A stretch of DNA of 64,000 nt from Naegleria gruberi (lineage: Eukaryota), in NCBI GenBank assembly GCA_000004985.1, contig GG738866.1, one strand, 5' to 3'. The notes below the pieces were generated by a model, which did not search any database, was not told the origin of the DNA, and was given only the letters and a program-made list of their open reading frames with translations. Of the stretch, positions 31,004 through 40,145 are shown piece by piece. Position 1 is the first letter of the stretch, and each line of letters opens with the position of its first letter. The position numbers and the translations under genes were made by a program.

Positions 31004-31346
31004 CTCTTTTTGTATGAGCTTTAATAATTAAATTATCAATCAATTCATACAACTGATCCACAAACAAATCAGCCGAATGTTCAATCTCTGGATTTTCAGA
31101 TTTTCCTCTTCCGTACTTATCATAACGTAAATAAATTGTTTTTTCCGATGATGCTGATGATGAATTCAAAGTCTGCTCAATAGCCTTCATCAAATGTAAA
31201 TAAGAATAGGAGTGTGAGGAAATTCCACAAACAAAAACAATGGCATGATCCACTTGATCAGATTCCGATGGTCCATCCAAGATGTATCTGGTTTTTCCGT
31301 GCTTGGTTTTCAAATAGGTACAATTGTCTGCTGGCAATGTTTGCAT
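31004..31346 (-). CDS. Alpha/beta-hydrolase fold protein, exon 1 (ATG 31346 ... LYELIDNLIIKAHTKR)
   Basis: The only GT donors near the exon end (GTTGGT or GTATAT) leave the exon 1 / exon 2 junction one nucleotide out of frame. The boundary is therefore uncertain (see findings). Confidence 0.5.
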
Positions 31347-31504
31347 TTTTTTTAAAATTGTATTGTAAATTATTTTAATCTACCGATTCGTTGACTAATA
31401 TTACAATTTAACAATAAGATAGAAGACCATACTTTATGAAAATTGTTGAAGAGTCGCTATTTGTTTCTAATATTGAAAAATAGAAAAGAAATAGTAAAAT
31501 TATC

Positions 31505-31576
31505 CTCCCATGCCGGGAATTGAACCCGGACCTCCTGGGTGAAAGCCAGGTATCCTAGCCATTGGACTACACGGGA
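31505..31576 (-). tRNA. tRNA-Glu: tRNA-Glu (anticodon UUC), 72 nt, no intron, CCA not encoded
   Basis: The minus-strand sequence TCCCGTGTAGTCCAATGGCTAGGATACCTGGCTTTCACCCAGGAGGTCCGGGTTCAATTCCCGGCATGGGAG folds as a cloverleaf. The acceptor stem is TCCCGTG/CATGGGA (one G-U pair). The anticodon stem is CCTGG/CCAGG with loop CTTTCAC, giving anticodon TTC. A T-loop GGTTCAATTCC is present. Confidence 0.85.
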
Positions 31577-31893
31577 TCTTGTTCATATTGAAAATATTTC
31601 ATAAATGTAATCAAGATAGCAAAATATTTCGTAAAGTTTGAGTACTGAACGTTTAGGAAATTCACAAGCTTAATAGAATCAAATGCTGTTAAAAAATATT
31701 AATTTCAAATGAATGAGTATCTTAATTTCATTAGGCTTAAATGTCGATGAGATTATCATTGCAGCTTTTTATAGAACTTGACAGTAAACTTATCTTCTGT
31801 CAAACACGCAATTTAGTCAACCCAGTTATCTTGGAACAAAACATTAAAGGAATGCAAGTACCAGTGCTAACGGCGGCGAACAGACGAAAAAAA

Positions 31894-31912
31894 ATGATTG
31901 ACATTCGCTTTG
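31894..31912 (+). CDS. Secreted, probably GPI-anchored protein, exon 1 (19-nt micro-exon: MIDIRF plus one nucleotide)
   Basis: ATG 31894 is followed by the donor GTAAGT at 31913. Confidence 0.55.
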
Positions 31913-31964
31913 GTAAGTTGCTTTCTAATACATAAACTAATCAGCAAAGTAATCTCATTACTAG

Positions 31965-33196
31965 TACTTGCGTTGTGGTCAAGTGTTGCTCTCGCACAGC
32001 TTACCACAAGAACATCCAATACCATCACCATAACTGATCGTTCTGGCAATGGTCTAACCGCAATACCTCTCCAAATCGGTCGCCCATTCATTCAAGGTGA
32101 AATTCCATCAGTGCCAGGTGTCAAATTTAATGGAACAATTATTACCTCACAAACTGAAGTAACCAACAGATATCCTGATGGTTCTGTCAAGTTTGCCATA
32201 ATCTCTACCATTCTACCAAATATCCCTGCAAATTCCTTTGGCTATTTAACATTTTTCTCCACAACTCCACATGTTGGTTCTTCATGTTCAATAAGTGGCA
32301 TGTTAAATGATCAACCAGAGTTGGAAGTAAAGATTAAACTGGAAGGAAATTCAACTGAGAGTAACATTAGTCTCAGAGATATGATTTCAAAAGGTTTATA
32401 CAAGTGGACAACTAATGGACCTGTAAGATGTGAATTAATTGTTGCAGATCATTCTATTGAGAGAAAGGCAGATGTTGGATTGGGAGGCCCAAAATCATTT
32501 AGACCAATCTTTCATCTTTCACATTGGAGTAATGGAAAGGTTCGTGTGAGGAGTATCTTGGAAAATTCAGTCATGGATACATTGCAAGATGTACAATATC
32601 ATGTCTCAATTTATACAGGTGTCAGCAATCCTCAATTATCACACAATCAAGCAAATGTCACTCATTGGTTTGGTGCTCGTTGGACACGTATTAATTGGTT
32701 TGGAGCTGAGCCAGAAATCAAATATGATCTCAATTACAATGTTGAATATTTGGCCTTGACAAACTATGTTCCAAATTATTCACTCAATGACACTTACACG
32801 CCATCTCAAATCTCTTCATATTATAATACATTTTTAACAAGACCAAGAGGTATCTTTGAACAAGGTTTTTGGACAAAAGGAATGCCAACAACAGGAATGA
32901 GAGATGACATTGGTGTCATGCCAGAATGGACTGCATACTGGTTGTGTAATGGAGATTGGAGAATGAGACATATAAATTTGATTCAATCTGATTTGGCAGG
33001 TGCTTGGAGAGCTCAATTCAGAGAATGGGATACCTCACTCTATTGGGATAGAAACAAGACAGTTTCTGCTATTGGAAAACCAATTTCAATCTATGCTCAT
33101 CCAACTTGGTGGTTCCCTAATAATGCCGATGTTTATGCTGGAGCATTGAATGTTCCAAAGATTACCAATCCATGGATTTTTGATGCCTCTCATCAA
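31965..33196 (+). CDS. Secreted, probably GPI-anchored protein, exon 2
   Basis: The acceptor ...attactag|TACTTG restores the frame, giving MIDIRF-VLALWSSVALAQ-LTTRT..., a signal peptide. The exon ends ...DASHQ before GTAAGT at 33197. Confidence 0.65.
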
Positions 33197-33240
33197 GTAA
33201 GTTTTATTTTCAAAAGTATTCTAATAATTGTTTCTAATAG

Positions 33241-33337
33241 CCTGATCCATTTTCAGTTCCTTACATGTTGAGTGGAGACTACTACTATTTGGAAAGTTTA
33301 CAATTTTGGGCAGCCATTGGTTGTACTAGAATGAATG
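33241..33337 (+). CDS. Secreted, probably GPI-anchored protein, exon 3 (97 nt)
   Basis: A 44-bp intron ends in ...aatag. The exon reads PDPFSVPYMLSGDYYYLESLQFWAAIGCTRMN plus one nucleotide, and is followed by GTAAGT at 33338. Confidence 0.6.
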
Positions 33338-33380
33338 GTAAGTTATTTTGGATCAGTTTCTAATAATTGAATACTTTCAG

Positions 33381-34285
33381 ATGGTATCTATGGACGTGGC
33401 ATGAGTGGATATGCTGGAATTAATGATCAATTGAGAGGAATTGCATGGACTGCAAGAACTAGAATGTACGCTGCCATTCTCTCACCAGATGAATCCATTG
33501 AAAGATCTTTCTTCTATGAAACAATTTATGATGCCATTGCATATTGGGAAGGAGTGAGAGGAATTGATGATCCTCGTTTCAATACTCGTCCAAATTATCA
33601 ATGGGCAAGAAAAAACAATGCCTGGACATGGTCTCCATTAAGATTCTTTTTAAGAGATACAAATGGTAGAATTGCTGCTTTCTGGCAAGAGAGTATGATG
33701 TTAATTGTTTTGGGAATGATGAGAGATTTGGATTTCCCAGTTGAGCCACTATTGAGCGAATATCACAAGGTGTTAACAACTCAATTATATGCTACTGGAC
33801 ATGATTATCGTTATATGGCTTATTATTGGGCTTTTGTAATGCAAAATTCCACATACAGTTATAAATGGTACGAAACATGGAAAGAATTCAAAGAGCAAAA
33901 TGATGCACAACAAATTCAAAGAAGTCAAGATGCTGTAAATGGATGGTTGACTGGAAATTTCTATGCCAAAATTGCCTCATGTGCAAGTTCATTCCTTGTC
34001 AAGTACACTGGTGGTCCTGAATTATATGCTACTGCCAAGAAGGAAATTTATGACAAGTTCCCCATGTCTTTTGAATATAGATCTTTCAAAATTTATCCAA
34101 GACAAGATATTACACCAATATTTAGAGATGTTAGTACTATACCAAGACCAGATTCTTCATTGAATGTACCAGGAGGAGGTGGCCAAACCTCCAATCCAAA
34201 GAAGGCCATCTCTAGAGCTTCCAATGTTGTAATGAGTGCAGTTACAATGCTCATTCTTGTTATCTTTTCTGTTTTATTAAACTGA
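33381..34285 (+). CDS. Secreted, probably GPI-anchored protein, exon 4; total about 750 aa
   Basis: The acceptor ...tttcag|ATGGTATC reads in frame into DGIYGRGMSGYAGINDQ.... The C-terminus ...SNPKKAISRASNVVMSAVTMLILVIFSVLLN has a small-residue omega region followed by a hydrophobic tail, which is GPI-signal-like. Confidence 0.65.
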
Positions 34286-34435
34286 GAATAAAGTCAAGAA
34301 AATAAATATATAACTGTGTCAACTGCACTGACAGATTCAGATTCATTACACTGATTATCAAATAATTATTAGAAGAGTTTTGAAAGAATTTAATATTTAC
34401 AATTTGATAAAATGTCTTTCTTAGATTATAATAAA

Positions 34436-35200
34436 TTAAATGAGAACCATGGAGGAGTGAGGATGATCGTCATCATCCAAATGTGCCAAATTGAAGTAAC
34501 CTTTGAACTTGGGTGCTTCCTTGTTGAGTAGAATCTTTGATCTTGGTCCTCTGAATGAACCTATCAAAGACGTCGTTGGATTTGAATCCACATGACTTTC
34601 CATCAGGTCTCCAGTGTAATTTTGCTTGAAAACAACCTTTTGTTTCTTCTCTTCATCCTTGTAGAATGAGGCATCCGTATCATTGGACGATGATCCACTT
34701 CCACTGTCACCTTCCGAGTAAATTCCTAGATCGACATTTTCTCCCTTTTCTATTCTTCGTGTTTCCTCACTCATCTTTCTGTCCTTTCTTCTCTTCCTTT
34801 GTTTTTCCTTAGCTTCCTTTAATCTTTCCTCAAGTGCAGCCACTGCATTAAATTCCTTATTAATTCTCTTTCCAGCCTTGATGGTTCTATCAAGCTTTCC
34901 CATCTGACCCTTAACTCTATTAAGGGCCTCCTTCTTCATTTGTTTTAATTGGAGTAATCGTTGTTCACCTTCACCAAAACCTTCCTCTCCATACTTTTTA
35001 GCCATCATTCGATGCAATCGTAAATCATCTCTTATTTGCATAATTTCAGCATGGAGGAGTGCAATGTGATCTTCCATATTGACCATCACATCATCAACTC
35101 GTTTCGTTCTTCCATCCATAGCATTGGTCTTCTTCATGAACGAAGAGGATGGTGAGAAGGGAGGAACATACCCCGATGAAGTTGAACTGGCTGAGCTCAT
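34436..35200 (-). CDS. Hypothetical coiled-coil protein, about 254 aa
   Basis: ORF on the minus strand. The first ATG is at 35200 (the ORF-track start at 35203 is GTG). The central region is rich in K/R/E heptads; no recognisable domain was found. Confidence 0.45.
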   Translation of the reverse strand: MSSASSTSSGYVPPFSPSSSFMKKTNAMDGRTKRVDDVMVNMEDHIALLHAEIMQIRDDLRLHRMMAKKYGEEGFGEGEQRLLQLKQMKKEALNRVKGQMGKLDRTIKAGKRINKEFNAVAALEERLKEAKEKQRKRRKDRKMSEETRRIEKGENVDLGIYSEGDSGSGSSSNDTDASFYKDEEKKQKVVFKQNYTGDLMESHVDSNPTTSLIGSFRGPRSKILLNKEAPKFKGYFNLAHLDDDDHPHSSMVLI

Positions 35201-35595
35201 CACAATAAATTAATTTTTTTTAAAATTCTGTACTTTGAACGATAAAAGTTGGCGGGTTTTTAACTATTGTTTCAAGAACAAAAGGTAAAGATGTGCGAAT
35301 CAGTTATTATAAGACGCCCGTGGATGTTCGTCTCACTGCCATTTTGTGCTCAGCTACTGACCACATAGAGCCATATGGTATCCGAAGAGAAAGCAAGACT
35401 ACGAAGTGGATGAGCCTCACCCAATTTAGATACAGAGTTAACGGTGAGATCGATGGTATTGATAGACTCTCTTCTTATGTGAGTGGTGCATTTTTTGAGA
35501 GGATTGTGGTTCTTTGGTATTTTAATTTTATTTAAAATACATTTAATATTTGAATTGAAAAAGTTTGAATTGTGAAAATGAACTAATTCATCACT

Positions 35596-36957
35596 TTAAA
35601 AGAAGGAAATGGATGGGATATCATAGCAAACTCTAGAGGCAATTGAGCATTGGGAAGAAACAGTAGCAGAACCTGTTATAGCCAACAGTGAATCTACAAA
35701 GAATTGTTTGGCATGAGCAATATTATCAAATAATCTCGAATAGGTCTGTCCAGTATTACCCACTTGTCCAAATCTTGCATAGACTGTGAAAATGTTATCA
35801 TTTAGAGCATTGTTTTGAAGTTGAAGCATGAGGAATTTGTTATCATTTCCACAATTAATAAGAGCATTGAATGTACAAGATGAACGATCTTCATAGGTTT
35901 CTCTATAAATTCTTCCACCAATCCTCATAATAGTACAATATGGATCAGTCACTAGACTATATCGTGAATTATTAGTAACAATTAATGATGATGAAGAGGA
36001 AGTATTTTGAAGAAGGGAGAGTTTTTGCAATTTGCCCAAAAGAACACTACTTTCATCTAATACCAACTCTTCCCTATTGCCTGTGGACAATAAATCAAGC
36101 CAAGGACATTGATGAGTAGAGTGGTCATCATAGCAAACTGTTGTATTGTTATATGGAACGGAAGATTCTATAACATTACTCAAAAGGAAGGCAGAATTGC
36201 TGACAAAATTGATGGGAATGTTTTGATAGATTGGATTGGTCTTAGTTCTCTTAGTGTGTTGTTTGATTTGTTGTTCGTACAGTGTTGGTGAAGGATGATC
36301 CTTACGCTTTCTTCTCTGAAAATTGTTGACTTTGGAGCAATAATTGAGAGAAAAGTCTTTGAGTGGAATGGTCAAAGATGAAGATGAACAACTCTGAGTA
36401 AAGATTGGTTGATGGATAAGTGGTTGTTGTTGATGTTGAGGAAGTGTTAGGAGAGGTGTATCAAAGATGTGGTCTAATTCTTCGAGGAGAGCATTTGGTG
36501 ATGAAGGATCCATAACATGTTGATTTTCTGCACTTGTTGTTGCAACAGAATTACTAATGGTACTGGTTGTTGTTGTTGATGGTGTTGTATCAATTTGCTC
36601 TATCAACTTGCTATCTTCACTTTCAGTGGTACTTGTTGTTGGATGTACTTGCTCTAATTCTCGTACCAATTCTTCAACTTTATCCGCATCATCAGTTGTA
36701 TCAACTTCTTTTGTTTGGTTATTCTTACTCACTGCACCATCAACATCTTCAGTATTGTTGCCATTTGTTGTTGTCGTTGAAGTAGTAGGTTCATCAATTA
36801 CTGTTGTTGTTATTGGTGGTGGAGCAATACTATCTTGTTGAATCAAGTCCAAACCCTCAACCTCCAGAAATTCCTCTTCTTCTTCTTCCTCTACAGGAGA
36901 TGAGGGTATGATCAGAGAGGACTCATCGGCAATCTTAGTGTCGACGTGTTCTGGCAT
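35596..36957 (-). CDS. Acidic, Thr/Ser-rich protein (453 aa) with a C-terminal WGR-like domain
   Basis: ATG at 36957. The C-terminal NKFLMLQLQNNALNDNIFTVYARFGQVGNTGQTYSRLFDNIAHAKQFFVDSLLAITG aligns with the WGR domain pattern (Y.LQL...W.RWGRVG..GQ......A...F...F..KTG). The consensus was recalled from memory. Confidence 0.5.
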   Translation of the reverse strand: MPEHVDTKIADESSLIIPSSPVEEEEEEEFLEVEGLDLIQQDSIAPPPITTTVIDEPTTSTTTTNGNNTEDVDGAVSKNNQTKEVDTTDDADKVEELVRELEQVHPTTSTTESEDSKLIEQIDTTPSTTTTSTISNSVATTSAENQHVMDPSSPNALLEELDHIFDTPLLTLPQHQQQPLIHQPIFTQSCSSSSLTIPLKDFSLNYCSKVNNFQRRKRKDHPSPTLYEQQIKQHTKRTKTNPIYQNIPINFVSNSAFLLSNVIESSVPYNNTTVCYDDHSTHQCPWLDLLSTGNREELVLDESSVLLGKLQKLSLLQNTSSSSSLIVTNNSRYSLVTDPYCTIMRIGGRIYRETYEDRSSCTFNALINCGNDNKFLMLQLQNNALNDNIFTVYARFGQVGNTGQTYSRLFDNIAHAKQFFVDSLLAITGSATVSSQCSIASRVCYDIPSISFF

Positions 36958-37321
36958 TTATTTATGATAAAAAGATTTGGAATACGTTGAACCTCTCTTA
37001 TAAAACTACTAGTATGGCTTTTTTAAAATTATTAAATATAATTATTAATAATCAATCTCGAGAAACGTGTCTGATACGACGTCGTTTTGATCGAATAGAA
37101 ACTGATATTGTTCTATTTCACCATGTTCAGAGTAGCAATATGATAACGGTAATTTGTTTCTCGAGGCAAGTTTATGAATGACAAATAATCATATTACCTG
37201 ATTCACTAATTTTCCTTGTACATTGGATGATTAAAATCAAGATTCCATCCATTATAATCACTCATTAATTGCAATAACAACATTACGTGGTGTGTTTGTA
37301 GACAATAGACAACTCAAAAAA

Positions 37322-38399
37322 ATGTTTCGTCTACCTCTACAGGAAACATTTAAAACATCATCACTAACACATCAGAGATCATCTTTAGCACTGTTCCGGT
37401 GTTCATCTCTTTCTCAACATTATCAATACTCTAGAATTTTCATTTTCATATCACTTTTATTATTGTCATGTTTGTTATCTTCCATAAATTCTCAAGAGTT
37501 TACATTGAATCCTCTCGAGGGAAGAATATCTACCATGCAGTTCATAAACAGACGTACAGTTTATGTTCATACAGATAAATATGTTTATTTGAGTGCTGAC
37601 AAGGGTGTTCACTTTCAAAATTTTAATCAAAAGGCTAGAAATTGTCAAGAAGCAAAATGTATTCAAACCATTGCTAGACATCCTTTTGATGATAACGTAT
37701 TTATTTTAATTTCTAATTTGAAAAAGTTGTTTTACATTTGCACAGATCTCAATTCTGCCAATGAATTTGACATTGATAGAATTAATTGTGTAGAAAGACC
37801 ATTTCCAAATGATAATTCTGATGCTAAACAAGCTCCGATTGTGACCAAAGTAGTTTTCCATCCAAAAATTCATAACACTTTACTAGTTTTAATGAGTAAC
37901 AATAGATTGTATCTCAGTGAAACTTTGGCTAGTAATTTCTACTTTTTAAAGTCAGGTGTTAAACAAATTTCATTTGCAAATTCTGAATCAAAACTCTATT
38001 CCGATACTCTCTTGTTAGGTATCAAGGAAAGTGATGGAATTAGCTATTTTTTCAATATGGACAGTCGTTCTAGAAATGATGAGGATGATAATGAGATTAT
38101 TCGCCATGCTAGAGAATTCATGATGTATGGACCATTCCTTTTCGTTGCGACCATTGAGGAAGCAACAGAAAAATACCAAAAAGAAAAATACATGGCCAAA
38201 CTCTTTGTTGGTACTGATAATGGACGTTCTTTCAATAGAGTTTCAATCTCTCAATCCACTCAAAACCATATCATTGAAAAATCATTCATTATTTTGGATG
38301 GAAGCGAAGGTGCTGTATTGATTAATGTTCAACAAGAACAATCATCAGCTACTTCCTCATCTTCAACTTCTTCCAAGTATGGTAAAGTTTTCATTTCAG
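37322..38399 (+). CDS. Vps10-domain (sortilin-like) sorting receptor, exon 1
   Basis: The first ATG is at 37322 (the ORF-track start at 37292 is GTG). A signal/anchor segment IFIFISLLLLSCLLSS is present, with Asp-box-like SADKGVHF and GTDNGRSF. The exon ends ...KVFISG before GTAAGT at 38400. Confidence 0.7.
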
Positions 38400-38441
38400 G
38401 TAAGTTGATAATTTGAATATATAATACTTATATTCTTTTAG

Positions 38442-39949
38442 ATGCTCGTGGTGTCAGATATAAACAAACATTATGGGATAACAGAAGAGATGGCAATCAT
38501 GCTGATTTTACCAAAGTCAAATCATTGGAAGGTGTTTATCTTGCCAATCAAGTTCAAACCTATGATATGAATACTATGGAGTTGTACGAATGTAACAATT
38601 GTAATGGCTATGAAGATTGTACAAGGAAATGTAAAACTAAAACTCTCATTACCTTCGACAAGTCGGTTTGGAGATACATTACACCACCAAAGTATGGAGC
38701 CAATAAGGAGTTAATCAATTGTCCAAGTGGTAATTGCAAGTTGCACCTTCATGGATTTTCTGCTGGTACTAATCCAAACTATCCAAGACTTCATTCACAC
38801 AAGGATGCAGTTGGTATCATTTTCGCAAATGGTAATGTTGGAGAATATTTATGGGAAGGAGGAACTATCAATACTTACATGAGTAGAGACGGAGGATTGA
38901 GTTGGACTGAAGTGGCTAAAGGTTCTCATGTCTATGAAATTCTTGATCATGGTGGAATTATGATGATTGCTGAGAATAATAGACCAACTGATACACTCAG
39001 GTACAGTTTGGATGAGGCCAATACTTGGGTAACAACCAATTTCACAGAACATCTCAGAACCTATAGAATTAATAAGATGTATGCCAATGAAAAGTTTGAT
39101 CAATTGGCCAGATATGCTCTAATTCATGGTTCTGCTGATACATCAGGAGATATTGTCATTCGTGTTGATTTTTCCAAGGTTCACCAAAGGGAATGCACTG
39201 GTATCAACAATCCATACGACCAAAACAGTGACTATGAATATTTCAAACCACACAACTATAACTCCAAGTGCTTACTGGGTAGAGTTGTTGAGTATACCAG
39301 GAGAAAGAGAACTTCCATGTGTTTCAATCCAAGTCTCACTGAAGGAAAACCTGTCAAGATCACAAATTGTGAGTGTACATATGCTGACTATGAATGTGAC
39401 TATGGATATGAGAAGAAGAGAATTGATGATGTCAAATTTAGTTGTGTAGCAATCAATGCCAAATTGGAAGAGGAATCAAAGGCTCCATCTCTTTCCTCAT
39501 GCCAAACAGAAAATTACTATAATGAATCTAGAGGATATGCCAGAATTCCTGGAAATACTTGTAATGGAGGTTTGAGCAGTCAATTAGATCCTATTAAGAG
39601 AGATTGTCCAAAATCAATGAGTAATTGGGCTGTATTCATTATTGTTCTCTTCTTTGTTATGGTATTGACTTTTGGTGCATTGCTTTTCTACAAACAAAGT
39701 GGATTTTTACAACAATTATTCAATCCTAACAAGATGAGATATAGATACAATCAGCTCATCAATGATATGAATACCCCTGATACTGCATTCGGTCGAGACA
39801 TTGAGAGAAATCAACCATCATCCTTCCAAGACAACAGAATTCAATCCGATGACGAAGATGATGAAGATTTTGGCCTTGATGTTATTGAGGAAGAGGAAGA
39901 AGCACCAGAAGAAATGCATCCAGGTTCTTTTGGATCATCTAAACATTAA
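38442..39949 (+). CDS. Vps10-domain (sortilin-like) sorting receptor, exon 2 (remaining propeller and 10CC module, transmembrane segment, cytoplasmic tail); total about 861 aa
   Basis: The 42-bp intron (38400-38441) ends in ttttag and is in frame (phase 1). Asp-box motifs SRDGGLSWTEV and SLDEANTWVTT are present. The 10CC-type module reads ...CECTYADYECDYGYEKK...C...C. The transmembrane segment is WAVFIIVLFFVMVLTFGALLFY. The tail carries YNQL (Yxx-phi) and the acidic cluster SDDEDDEDFGLDVIEEEEE. Confidence 0.8.
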
Positions 39950-40145
39950 GCAGATCTGATAATAATAGATAGAAAAGTTCCGACATCCAATTCTTTATGT
40001 TCTACATGAGTGAACAAATTATTATTGAGCATGTTCGTTCAAGGAGAAAATGCACTGAACGAACATTACACACAATTAAATTCTCTATTTTTGTTACTCA
40101 GGGTTGGCGCCAATTTTACACACAAACACGCAAAAAAATAAGAAA

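Noticed and set aside
31741-31935. 64-aa ORF 31741-31935 (+) overlapping the start of the secreted-protein gene
   Set aside because: Only its last six codons (MIDIRF) are genuine exon 1. The rest is upstream AT-rich sequence read through because the ORF caller accepted an alternative start.
35293-35535. 80-aa ORF in the intergenic GC island, considered as a protein-coding gene
   Set aside because: The ORF has no ATG at or near its start (first codon GTG; the only internal ATG leaves 41 codons). It has no neighbouring same-strand exons and an unremarkable peptide. It is kept only as a finding (possible ncRNA or orphan exon), not as a CDS.
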